This document shows positions 38,358 to 46,761 of a stretch of 64,000 nucleotides of DNA, piece by piece. The stretch comes from Myxococcota bacterium. GTDB lineage: Bacteria > Myxococcota_A > UBA9160 > PR03. How positions within the stretch are numbered: the stretch's first letter is position 1; each line of letters begins with the position of its first letter. The notes under the pieces are model-generated. The model saw nothing but the letters and a program-made list of their open reading frames with translations. It did not search any database and had not been told where the DNA came from. The stretch is from positions 7,573 through 71,572 of the forward strand of contig JBDIVR010000006.1 in assembly GCA_039794265.1 (NCBI GenBank), read 5' to 3'. Both the position numbers and the translations under genes were made by a program.

Positions 38358-40151
38358 TCAGCGCCGGGAGCGCCCCCGCCGGCGTGCGAGCGCCAGCAGC
38401 AGCGCCACCGCAGCTCCGCCCGAGAGGGTGCCCGAGGGCTCCGGCACGAACACCTTGTCGAGGAACGTCTCGCTCGCTGCGCCGGACCCCGCGTCCCGGT
38501 TCGCCGTCGCGTTGAGCACGAGTGTGCGCGCTCCGGGTGGCGCCACGAGATCCGCCGACAGCCGCCGCCAGACACCGTCCGCCGGCGAGGAGCCGAGCGA
38601 ATCGTTTCCGACCACGCCGCCCGTGCAGGTCTCGCTCGAACTCCACAGAACGTACGCCGAGCCGGGCTGCGCCCCGACGGTCCGGATCCACACCGACGGC
38701 CGGTACGGCACGTCCTCCTGCACCTTCACACAGCTCGACGTCAGGCGGCCCTGGTTCGAGGCCGATCCCGGCGGCGGACTCGTGACGCGCCCGGAACCGA
38801 CGCTGTCCGGCGCGGTCGGCGAATCCCAATCCCAGCCGCACACGCCTCCGTTCGTGCACTTCCAGCCGAACAGGTCCGTCTCGAAGTCCGGGTTGACGAT
38901 CTGTTCGAGCGGCGGAAGCACCAGTGGCGGCGGTTGGTTCTCCCCTGGATCGACCCCGATCTCGTCGAGGATGGTCTCGCAGTAGAACGAGCCGGCGGTG
39001 AACGGCGACGGGTTGAGGCCGGCGCCGACGCCGAGGGCGTCCTCGGTTCCGATCAGATCGCCGGTCAACGGCGGGAAGTCGTCCCCGAAGCGTTCGAAGA
39101 CCTGGGACGTCGAGAAGTTCAGGAACTTGAACGGCGTCTGCGCCGTCTGGGTGTTGACGAAGGACGCGCCGCCGACGGCATCGAAATGCATGTAGAAGCC
39201 GAGCGAGGTGAACGCCCCGGAGATGCCGACGTCACTGAAGATGCCGCCGCACAGCGCCGTGAAGCAGCCGAACTCCCCGTTCGGTCCATAGGCCACGCCG
39301 AACGCCTGCGACTCCGTCGCGACCGCGCCGATCCCGTTGCCGCCGGCCCACGTGAAGGTAATGTCGCCGCCGGTGATGCCGTCGGCGATCACCGGGCTGT
39401 ACAGCTTCTTGCACTGCTGCTCGGTGATCGCGCCCTCGTTGGCATTCGGGAAGCACTGGAACGGGGCGTTGCAGCTCTCGGTGAAGCAGGCCTCGCACGA
39501 CAGGCTCTCGGCACACGGGTTGAACGCCGAGCAGCCCTCGCCGACGGTCCGCTTGCGGCGACAGATCTGGGGAACGCCGGCCTGGCAGTAGAGGCCCGAG
39601 GCGCAGGGCGCCGTGACGTCGCAGGTCTCGCCCTCGCGCGCCGGCTCGTGCGAGCAGGTCAGCGCGAGCGTGCACTGGAGCCCGTCTTCGCAATCGATGC
39701 CCACGCCGGGCGCACAGCTCTCGTTCGGCCCGGACTTCGGGAGCGAGACGAAGCCGTCGCTGCACAGGCCGAAGCGGACATCGAGCCCGGCGTCGCAGCC
39801 GGGCGTACACCACTGCGACGTCTCCTGCGGGCACGGGATCTGGCCCTTCGCGCTGCAGTCGTTGCAGCTCGGGCGCGAGTCGTAGCAGCCGCCGGAGACC
39901 TTCACGTCCTTGATCGGCCACGGGCAGTCGATCGTGATCGGGAACGGGCTGCCGCTGTAGCGCGTGTGCCCGGCGTCGCACGCCGCGCCCGACGTACAGA
40001 CCGGCTGGAGGTGGCCGCCGCAGGAGCGCTTCACGACACCGCAGAACGTGCGGGTGCGGGCCTCGGCGACGGAAGCGAAGCCGACCACGAACAGCCCGAG
40101 CAGCAGCAGCCAGGGCAGGAGGGTCGACGAACCGCGGAAGGGATTGGACAT
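38358..40151 (-). CDS. secreted cysteine-rich PEP-CTERM protein with a CBM-like C-terminal domain
   Basis: Signal peptide ...GFASVAEA. About 34 Cys, including three G-E-x-C-x5-C-xx-(G/S)-L-x-C modules. A Gly-rich central region, then NPDFETDLFGWKCTNGG... (CBM4/9-like opening). C-terminal VPEPSGTLSGGAAVALLLALARRRGRSRR. It ends 3 nt before the kinase gene. Confidence 0.8.
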   Translation of the reverse strand: MSNPFRGSSTLLPWLLLLGLFVVGFASVAEARTRTFCGVVKRSCGGHLQPVCTSGAACDAGHTRYSGSPFPITIDCPWPIKDVKVSGGCYDSRPSCNDCSAKGQIPCPQETSQWCTPGCDAGLDVRFGLCSDGFVSLPKSGPNESCAPGVGIDCEDGLQCTLALTCSHEPAREGETCDVTAPCASGLYCQAGVPQICRRKRTVGEGCSAFNPCAESLSCEACFTESCNAPFQCFPNANEGAITEQQCKKLYSPVIADGITGGDITFTWAGGNGIGAVATESQAFGVAYGPNGEFGCFTALCGGIFSDVGISGAFTSLGFYMHFDAVGGASFVNTQTAQTPFKFLNFSTSQVFERFGDDFPPLTGDLIGTEDALGVGAGLNPSPFTAGSFYCETILDEIGVDPGENQPPPLVLPPLEQIVNPDFETDLFGWKCTNGGVCGWDWDSPTAPDSVGSGRVTSPPPGSASNQGRLTSSCVKVQEDVPYRPSVWIRTVGAQPGSAYVLWSSSETCTGGVVGNDSLGSSPADGVWRRLSADLVAPPGARTLVLNATANRDAGSGAASETFLDKVFVPEPSGTLSGGAAVALLLALARRRGRSRR

Positions 40152-40333
40152 GGCACGCTCGCAGTTGGAAACGCGGGAGACGTCGGGCTCAGCCCGCGTC
40201 GGCCAGAGGAGTCTACGCCCGCGGCCCGGCGCGTGTCGTACCCCGAACGGACTAGTCCGGACGGACGATCCCCGCAGTCAGCCCTCCGGATCGCCCACTC
40301 GCGCGCAACGAACCGGCACGAACGCGTTCGTCG

Positions 40334-40693
40334 TCAGCCTGCCGTCATCAGCTCCGTGTAGCGCCGCTGCATCTCGTCCGGCGTCACATCCTCGATCGAG
40401 TGGCCGATGTTCTAGCCGTGGCCGAAGGGATCGCAGATGGAGCCGGAGCGCTCTCCGTAGGACTGGTCCATCGGCTCCGTCTCGAGCTGCGCACCGGCGG
40501 CGACGGCGCGCTGGATCACGGCGTCCGCGTCGTCCACGTTCAGGTGGATCGTCACGGGGTGCCGCCGAGCGCGCGAGGGCCGCGCCAACAGTACCGACTC
40601 GACGAGATCGAGCTGACGCTCGGGGCTGCTCGCTTCGGAGAGCTGCGCGCGGATGCGTTCGGCCGCCGTCCCCCACAGATCGACGAGCGACAC
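40334..40693 (-). pseudogene. VOC (glyoxalase/bleomycin-resistance fold) family gene with an in-frame TAG
   Basis: ...PVTIHLNVDDADAVIQRAVAAGAQLETEPMDQSYGERSGSICDPFGHG-TAG-NIGHSIEDVTPDEMQRRYTELMTAG-stop. The TAG (40412..40414) sits where the family has Trp (DPFGHxW). The N-terminus also looks short. Confidence 0.7.
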
Positions 40694-40719
40694 GTGGCGC
40701 CCGGCCAGCTACCCGCCCG

Positions 40720-40980
40720 CTACCGGATCGGCAGCGGCGCCACCGCGCCGACGGCGGTCAGGATGCCGCGGATCACCAGCCACGAGCCGAACAGCACGTA
40801 GATGAGCTGCACGGAGTAGAACCCGAACGGACTCTCGATGCGGCTCGGCTCGTAGACGCGGAAGCCGGCGGAGCCGCCGCGGATCTCTCCCGTCCGATGC
40901 GCGCGATGGGCGCCCCAGAGAAACAGCACGCCGATCGACACCAGGAACACCGTGCTCACCGAAACCGGTAGCGTGTTCAT
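40720..40980 (-). CDS. hypothetical small membrane protein (86 aa)
   Basis: ATG 40980 is preceded by GGGAGG. Two predicted TM helices (VSTVFLVSIGVLFLWGA, LIYVLFGSWLVIRGILTAVGAV). Confidence 0.5.
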   Translation of the reverse strand: MNTLPVSVSTVFLVSIGVLFLWGAHRAHRTGEIRGGSAGFRVYEPSRIESPFGFYSVQLIYVLFGSWLVIRGILTAVGAVAPLPIR

Positions 40981-41072
40981 CGGGACCTCCCGCGCATGCC
41001 CCTCACGCAGGTCGCTCCGGCCGAGCGCGGGAGTGCGATGCAGCAGGACGTCGGCCCACAGGCGTTCCGACT

Positions 41073-41576
41073 TTAGGCCCGGACCGACCGCCCCTCGGAG
41101 CCGATCAGGCGGGCATCGACGGCCGCCCGGAACGCGGGCGACAGCGTCTCCGGCGCCCAGCGTGTCCACCAATGCGACCCGCCCGGAGACGTCAGGATCC
41201 GCCGCAGGTTCTCGAGGTTGTCCGCCAATGCATCGCGCCGGACCGATCCGATCTCGAACTGGTGGTAGTTGTTCTCGTAGGCGAGCAGGAGACTGTTGAG
41301 CAGGAAGTGGAACCGCAACGTCTCGCTCTGGGACAGCTCCTCGCGCCCCAGGCCCCGGAGGAAGAGATCGGCGAGGAGCTCATCCGCCGCCACCATCGAC
41401 ATCCAGCGGCTGAACGCATCGCCGGTCTCGTGATACATCGACGCTTCGATGTTCCGCGAACTCAGCTCGATCTGCCGCGAGCTCTGCCGGATCTGATAGC
41501 CGACGTACACCAGCGACATCACCACGGCGATCCCGCCGACGAGATCCCCGATCGCTCCCATGGCTTCCCAGTTCAC
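41073..41576 (-). CDS. hypothetical protein with N-terminal TM helix (167 aa)
   Basis: GTG 41576 is preceded by GGAGG plus 7 nt. AIGDLVGGIAVVMSLVYVGYQIRQS, then a helical soluble domain. The upstream part of ORF 41073..43067 is a shadow frame. Confidence 0.55.
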   Translation of the reverse strand: MNWEAMGAIGDLVGGIAVVMSLVYVGYQIRQSSRQIELSSRNIEASMYHETGDAFSRWMSMVAADELLADLFLRGLGREELSQSETLRFHFLLNSLLLAYENNYHQFEIGSVRRDALADNLENLRRILTSPGGSHWWTRWAPETLSPAFRAAVDARLIGSEGRSVRA

Positions 41577-41611
41577 GTTCGCGCCTCCAGAACCCTCTTG
41601 GCGGCCACAAG

Positions 41612-41992
41612 CTAGGGCCGGAGCCGGAGCAGCGCCGCCAGGCCCGCCCCGATCGCCACGAGTTCCGCGGCGTGGAGGCCCAAACCGAGCGCGTCCGGCA
41701 GTCCCACGACGCTCCAGCTCACGAAGCGACCCAGCGCGAGCCCGGAGAACAGCAGGATCTGCGCGAGCAGGCCGAGGTGGATCCACTCGGCCCGGACCGA
41801 AGCGCCCCACAGGACCGCCGCACAGCCGAGCTGGAGACCCCCGTACAGCGCGCGGACGTCGTTGTCGGCCGCGGCGCCGGAGAACGACACGCCGACGAAG
41901 CCGGCCATCGCCGCCGGTGCAAACAAGAACGCCGCGCCGATGCCCGCGAAGGCCAGCGCCGAGAGCCGGAGTAGGAGCCGCGCGAACTCCAC
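41612..41992 (-). CDS. DUF4345-like 4-TM membrane protein
   Basis: 126 aa, four hydrophobic helices, RALYGGLQLGCAAVLW motif. Confidence 0.6.
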   Translation of the reverse strand: MEFARLLLRLSALAFAGIGAAFLFAPAAMAGFVGVSFSGAAADNDVRALYGGLQLGCAAVLWGASVRAEWIHLGLLAQILLFSGLALGRFVSWSVVGLPDALGLGLHAAELVAIGAGLAALLRLRP

Positions 41993-42019
41993 GATCCTCC
42001 TTGCGCCTGCGGCAGCCGG

Positions 42020-42274
42020 TCAGATCCAGCGCCGGACACGGTGTTCGTAGCCTCCATAGACCTCGCCGAACTTCCGCTCGAGGTACGCCTCCTCGTGTAC
42101 GATCGCGAGCCGCTGCAAGAGCACACCGCACGCGCGAGTGAGCAGGAAAAGTCAGGGGTTCCAGAACGCGATCGACGATCCGAGGCAGACGAGCACCATC
42201 TGGAGATCCATCGGATCGCGCGAAAGGCGAAACGGCCCGCGCTCGATCGCGGCGGCATCCTTCGGTTCTTCCAT
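42020..42274 (-). pseudogene. isoprenylcysteine carboxyl / phospholipid methyltransferase-family C-terminal fragment with in-frame TGA
   Basis: AAGGAGG plus 6 nt plus ATG 42274. MEEPKDAAAIERGPFRLSRDPMDLQMVLVCLGSSIAFWNP-TGA-LFLLTRACGVLLQRLAIVHEEAYLERKFGEVYGGYEHRVRRWI-stop. This matches the ICMT/PEMT core (GPYxxxRNPMY...EExxLxxxFGxxYxxYxxxVxRW), but the N-terminal TM region is absent and there is a TGA at 42152..42154. Confidence 0.6.
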
Positions 42275-42289
42275 CTTTCGCCTCCTTCC

Positions 42290-42949
42290 CTACCGCCGGA
42301 GGTCCGACGATCTCCGAGATCCGCCTCCCGTTTCGCTGGAGCGGAGCAGAAAGAGGCTCATCCCTGCGATCCACGAGAAGATCGCCCCCTCCGCGATCCG
42401 CTGGCTCACTCCGCGGACCGGCTCGAATCCTGGGACGAGCATGCCGAAGAAGCCCACGGCGAGGAATCCGGCCGCCACGACGGACGGGGCCGCGAGACGA
42501 TGCCAACCGGGCGACCGCCGGAAGGCCGCCGCGAGCAGCAACAGACCCGCCAGCGCTCCTGCGTACTCGAGGAATCCGAACACGTTGTGAATGGACTGCG
42601 AGAACGAGCCGGACGCGGGGCAGCCGGCATCGCAGGGGAAGACTGCGCTGACGAGATAACCCACCCCGATCGCTCCGAGACACAACACGCCCGCCGTCCG
42701 CCAGCGCGAGCGAGGGAACGCCGCGGACGCGAACGCAAGGAATGCCAGGACGAGTCCACCGATCGGTGCGAAGCCCGCCGCCGAGACCCAGGCGGCATTC
42801 GCCGCGCCGACGGCACCCAGCTCGCTGATGAACTGGCTGACGTGCGAGTACCCGGACTCGCCGCGGGCGCCGATGACGGGAACCAGCAGCGCCAGGACCG
42901 TTGCGGCGAGGCCGCTCGCGGCTGCCGCCCTGCATCGGCTCCGCGACAC
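42290..42949 (-). CDS. DUF998 family membrane protein
   Basis: 219 aa. GYSHVSQFISELG motif followed by about 6 TM helices. Confidence 0.7.
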   Translation of the reverse strand: MSRSRCRAAAASGLAATVLALLVPVIGARGESGYSHVSQFISELGAVGAANAAWVSAAGFAPIGGLVLAFLAFASAAFPRSRWRTAGVLCLGAIGVGYLVSAVFPCDAGCPASGSFSQSIHNVFGFLEYAGALAGLLLLAAAFRRSPGWHRLAAPSVVAAGFLAVGFFGMLVPGFEPVRGVSQRIAEGAIFSWIAGMSLFLLRSSETGGGSRRSSDLRR

Positions 42950-43229
42950 GCGCTAGCCGGACACGCGCCGCGAACCGAGCAGCGTCGCGACGGCTGCGGC
43001 CGGGAGCAGCGAGGCGGTGGGCCGTCTGCGATGCATCGCGGCTCCTTTGGAGTCGAGCGAGGGACACCGAGCGAAGAGCCGGGAAGGTGCCGCCGATCGC
43101 GCGGGGGGCGCAGGCGGCCTCATCGCGCGGCTCGGCTGGCTCGAGGCGCCGCGCGGATCGGGGCCGAAACCCAGCATTCGATCCGGGGGCGACCTGTCCG
43201 GCTCAGCCAGACCGGACTCGATCCGCGCG

Positions 43230-43659
43230 AGGTCCGTCGTCACGCGCGCGTGACCGAGCCGTTCGAGACCACTCTGGTTGTCCCACTCGGCCCAGGCTTC
43301 CACGACGATACCGTCTTCGATCCGATAGATCGCGAGGTACGTCGCTTCCATCACCTTGCCAGAAGGAGGATGGGGCCCATCGGGCCGAGCTGGGTTCCCC
43401 GAAAGCCATGGCGAACGGCCACCTTGTCTGCCTCGGCAACGAGATCGAGCACGGTCTCGCGCGCGTCGGGAAACGTCTCGAACCCGGCGCGGAGGACGAA
43501 GATCAAGTCGTCCCGGCTTCTCACTGTCTGCGGCCCGGCGGCGGCGCTGTGCCGGACGAAACCGGGAGCGACAAGCAGGGAGACGGTCGCCCAGTCCTGC
43601 GCGTCGACGGCCTCGACGAAGCGGCGGACGATGGCCTTGTTGCGCTCCCTGTCGTTCAT
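43230..43659 (-). pseudogene. SnoaL-like ester cyclase family gene with a 1-nt frameshift (3' end approximate)
   Basis: Strong SD plus ATG 43659. MNDRERNKAIVRRFVEAVDAQDW...DKVAVRHGFRGTQLGPMGPI then a stop, while the family continuation PSGKVMEATYLAIYRIEDGIVVEAWAEWDNQSGLERLG is in another frame. The shift is near 43365..43375 (ATCCTCCTTCT where ATCCCTCCTTCT is expected). Confidence 0.6.
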
Positions 43660-43691
43660 CCCCTCCCCTCCTCTCTCCGGATCCAGCCGCC

Positions 43692-44114
43692 CTACTCTCG
43701 AGAGGCTTCGGGGCCGAAGCCCGGCACCCACTCGTCGAACTGCGGCGCGTCGTCGGTGATCGACCACCACGGCGCCTTCGAGCCGACGAACATGTGGAGC
43801 GCGGGCCGGACCTGCGGATCGTCGTCCAGGAGTCCGGCCGGGATGAAAGCGTGTCCTTCTTCAGCCGCCACCCACGGCGCCGCAGAGCCACAGGTGCGGC
43901 AGAACGAGTTGGTGAAGACGCTCTGCGGGTGGCGATACGTCTCGACGAGATCGGCTCCGGCGAGGAAGCGGAACCGAGACGACGGCAGGCACGCCGTCGT
44001 CGAGAAAGCCGCACCGCTCACCTTGCGACACAGCGAGCAGTGGCAGTGGGTGAGGAGCGGAATCTCGTCCGCCTCGAAGCGGACGGCACCACAAAGACAG
44101 CCCCCTCGAATCAT
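43692..44114 (-). CDS. GFA (glutathione-dependent formaldehyde-activating / CENP-V-like) family protein
   Basis: 140 aa. GGCLCGAVRF...THCHCSLCRK...SFCRTCGS zinc-binding Cys pattern. Confidence 0.85.
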   Translation of the reverse strand: MIRGGCLCGAVRFEADEIPLLTHCHCSLCRKVSGAAFSTTACLPSSRFRFLAGADLVETYRHPQSVFTNSFCRTCGSAAPWVAAEEGHAFIPAGLLDDDPQVRPALHMFVGSKAPWWSITDDAPQFDEWVPGFGPEASRE

Positions 44115-44156
44115 CGGATCCCTCCGTTCGGCTGGCTTCGACCGACCGTCGCGGCG

Positions 44157-44738
44157 TCATCCGCAAGGGTCGAGGCGCAGCGTGATCGTCTCGGGCCCCG
44201 GTTCGTCTCCGAACATCCCGAGCGCGCCGCCGAGCCGTTGTACCGCGTACTTCTCCTGGCGCAGATCGAAGGTGCGCCGGTTCGCGGCCGGATCGTCGAC
44301 GATCCGCGGAACCACACACCGCTTCTCTCCCGCCCGCAGCAACTCGAGCTGGGCACCGTCGATCGCGTGTCGCTCCGCCTTCGAGCGCGGCATCGAGACC
44401 CACTCGGCCCCTTCGTGATCGACGATCCACAACCGCAGCTCGGCGTCCTCGGCGTAGAGGACCACGACCTCCTCGGCCTCTGCGAGCGCCCCGTAGAGCG
44501 CGAAGAACAGCACGACGGGGGTGGCGAGGAACGCGAGGACGCGCACCAGGGTGGGCGTGCGCCGCGCGAGCAGCACGGCGGAGATCACGAAGCAGAGCAG
44601 CCCGCCCACGAGACCTCGGCCGGGAATCCCGTAAGGACCCGCGTGTTGCAGCGGAACCAGGAACGCCGCCAGGCCGGCGCAGAGCGTCAGCACGCCGACG
44701 ATCGTCGCTCCGATGGATCTCGATCTGGCGTCACTCAT
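44157..44738 (-). CDS. hypothetical membrane protein (193 aa)
   Basis: GAGGAG plus ATG 44738. Three N-terminal TM helices, then a soluble domain (LRLWIVDHEGAEWVSMPRSKAERHAI...). No family recognised. Confidence 0.55.
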   Translation of the reverse strand: MSDARSRSIGATIVGVLTLCAGLAAFLVPLQHAGPYGIPGRGLVGGLLCFVISAVLLARRTPTLVRVLAFLATPVVLFFALYGALAEAEEVVVLYAEDAELRLWIVDHEGAEWVSMPRSKAERHAIDGAQLELLRAGEKRCVVPRIVDDPAANRRTFDLRQEKYAVQRLGGALGMFGDEPGPETITLRLDPCG

Positions 44739-44782
44739 CGACGTGCTCCTCGTTTTGGTGTCCGGTGAGACAAGGCGCCCCC

Positions 44783-45091
44783 TCAGCCGGCGTCCCCCGG
44801 CTCGCGCACGCAGCCGCACGAGAGGAGCTGGGCCTTGCAGGAAGGACAGCGTTCCATGTCGCAGCCCGGAACATGGAACTCACCCTTGATCGCGGCGCAG
44901 TCGGAGCACGGACGGGCGGCGCTCGCCCAGCCTCTCCCTTCGCGTCCGTAGCGAAGGCGAGGCAGGGCCTGGCCGTCGATCACCACGGTGGTCTGACGCT
45001 GGGCCGCCTCGACCTCTGCCGGCCAGTTCGGCGCGACACCGCGACCGCGAAACACCACGAGCAGCTGGCCTCCGTCGGAATCGTGCTTCAA
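44783..45091 (-). CDS. hypothetical Cys-rich (zinc-ribbon-like) protein (102 aa)
   Basis: C-terminal PCSDCAAIKGEFHVPGCDMERCPSCKAQLLSCGC. Confidence 0.5.
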   Translation of the reverse strand: MKHDSDGGQLLVVFRGRGVAPNWPAEVEAAQRQTTVVIDGQALPRLRYGREGRGWASAARPCSDCAAIKGEFHVPGCDMERCPSCKAQLLSCGCVREPGDAG

Positions 45092-45277
45092 GAGATGGCC
45101 CTCGCTTCGGGACCGAGCGGGGTGATCTGGCGAGAAGCGTCGGCCGGATCCGCGCGCGGCGCAACGGCGGACGGCAGTTCACCGCGTGCCGCTCTCGCGT
45201 CGTCTCCAAGGCCAATCCATCAACTTCGACGAGGATGCCCCCGGCCGTTCATGCGCGCCCGAGCGAGAGCTTGGGCG

Positions 45278-45775
45278 TCACCGCGGCGGCTCCTCGTTCG
45301 ACTCGCGGTCGTCGTAGTCGACCGTGTTCTCCGCGCGGAACATCTTTCGCAGGCGTCTCACGCCGTGATTGCCCGTCACGATGAGGACCTTCTGCGAATC
45401 CGGATACTCGCACGCCTCGACATCGACGATCGTCGACAGCGCCAGGTAGCGCAGGGTCGTCGTTCCGGCATTTCGGATCTGGTGCGCCACCTCGGGACCG
45501 CCGGGCGGGCACGCGATCACGTCGTGTTTGCGGATCGGATACCGCTGGTCGCCAAACCGCAGCTCGCCCTCGCCTTCGAGGATCAGGAACATCTCCTTCT
45601 CCCCGTGGTGGTTGTGGAAGGGGCACTGCACCTTGTCCGGCGGCACGACGATCAGATCGTAGCCCAGCCGCTCGACGCCGATGTGATCGCTGATCTGGCC
45701 CGGGCTGGAGGTGTAGATGCCGTTCTCTTCCACGTCGTCGAACTCGACTTCGGAGAGATTCATGATCGGCTTCAC
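45278..45775 (-). CDS. cupin domain protein
   Basis: CPFHNHHGEKEMFLILEGEGELRFGDQRYPIRKHDVIACPPGGPEVAHQIRN, the two-motif cupin signature. Confidence 0.8.
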   Translation of the reverse strand: MKPIMNLSEVEFDDVEENGIYTSSPGQISDHIGVERLGYDLIVVPPDKVQCPFHNHHGEKEMFLILEGEGELRFGDQRYPIRKHDVIACPPGGPEVAHQIRNAGTTTLRYLALSTIVDVEACEYPDSQKVLIVTGNHGVRRLRKMFRAENTVDYDDRESNEEPPR

Positions 45776-45888
45776 GGCTGTCCTCCGGTGAACGGGTCAT
45801 GGCGGTGCGGGTCTGCGTCGGCGAGTTCCGGCAAGTCGATCCGGTTCCGCGGCGGGCTGCGGGGCGAAACGTCCGCTGCAGCCGGCTG

Positions 45889-46491
45889 CTATGTGGCATC
45901 GTGTTCCCGCTCCGAGAGCAGGGAGCTGAGTAGTGCCTCTCCGCGCGGCGACAATCGGTAGCCTGTCTCGAGGCTTTCGGTGAGCCCCAGGGTCTTCAAC
46001 TTCCGTACATTGAGCTTGAAGCGCTCCTTCCCCTGCGCCACGAGACGGCACAAGTCGCCTGCGCGAACGCCCGGATGCGAACTCAGCACTTCCAAGGTCC
46101 GCAAAGTCCAAGCGCCCTCCGCTGCTCGGGCATCCAATCGACACAGCCGATCGCGCAGAGCCTGGGACTCCGACTTCGTAGTCGCGAGCGTGTCGCGTAG
46201 CGAGAGGCGGGGATCTGTGCACAGCGGGCCGAGTTCGATGCGGTAGAGCTCACCGTCCGTCCGTCGTTGCAACTCTTCGACCAACGCCTCGCGCGACTCG
46301 TAGCCTGCGCGCTTGGCATCGGCCGCCGAGATCCGGCTCAAGGTCGCCGACTCGACGGACTCGATGGTGAGTTGACCGACCGGAGTCAGCAAGGTGCCCC
46401 CTGCTCGCACGGATGGCCGCCGCCAGCGTCTGAACGCCACCGTGATCTCGCCTGTGCGAATCCCCTCGAGGAAGCTCTTGCGAAATAGCAT
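45889..46491 (-). CDS. ASCH-domain protein with a C-terminal winged-helix-like domain
   Basis: N-terminus MLFRKSFLEGIRTGEITVAFRRWRRPSVRAGG...LYRIELG is ASCH-like. C-terminus ...HPGVRAGDLCRLVAQGKERFKLNVRKLKTLGLTESLETGYRLSPRG is wHTH-like. The DNA from here on is visibly more A/T-rich. Confidence 0.6.
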   Translation of the reverse strand: MLFRKSFLEGIRTGEITVAFRRWRRPSVRAGGTLLTPVGQLTIESVESATLSRISAADAKRAGYESREALVEELQRRTDGELYRIELGPLCTDPRLSLRDTLATTKSESQALRDRLCRLDARAAEGAWTLRTLEVLSSHPGVRAGDLCRLVAQGKERFKLNVRKLKTLGLTESLETGYRLSPRGEALLSSLLSEREHDAT

Positions 46492-46761
46492 CAGGGTGCC
46501 GCCGCGCTGGTCCCGTCGCGACCGGGGCGTTCAGCTGTATGCATAGGCCCATGCGCTCGGGACTAGAAAGAGGATCGGAAGCCTGTAGACCATACCACCG
46601 GCCCGAAGAGTCAACTATGCCATCGGCCGTCCATGCCTATCGCTCGAGTCGACACCCACGGGTGTCGGCAATCGATTGCGGCCCCTGAGCCCGGCCGACA
46701 ACGCGAACCGACGCTGCTGCCCGGTTCTGCCGCCGGCCTCAGCATCGTCCCGGGGAGCGCT

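Noticed and set aside
40412-40414. Programmed recoding (pyrrolysine at TAG 40412; selenocysteine at TGA 42152 and 50370) instead of pseudogenes.
   Set aside because: The interrupted families are not known Sec/Pyl proteins, and the TAG replaces a conserved Trp. I saw no SECIS-like hairpin immediately downstream. The lesions also cluster with frameshifts in neighbouring genes.
46648-46669. Hairpin CGACACC-CACG-GGTGTCG as the terminator of the 46762..47193 gene.
   Set aside because: It is only a 7-9 bp stem, lies ~100 nt downstream of the stop, and has no U-tract on the relevant strand. The support is too weak to annotate.
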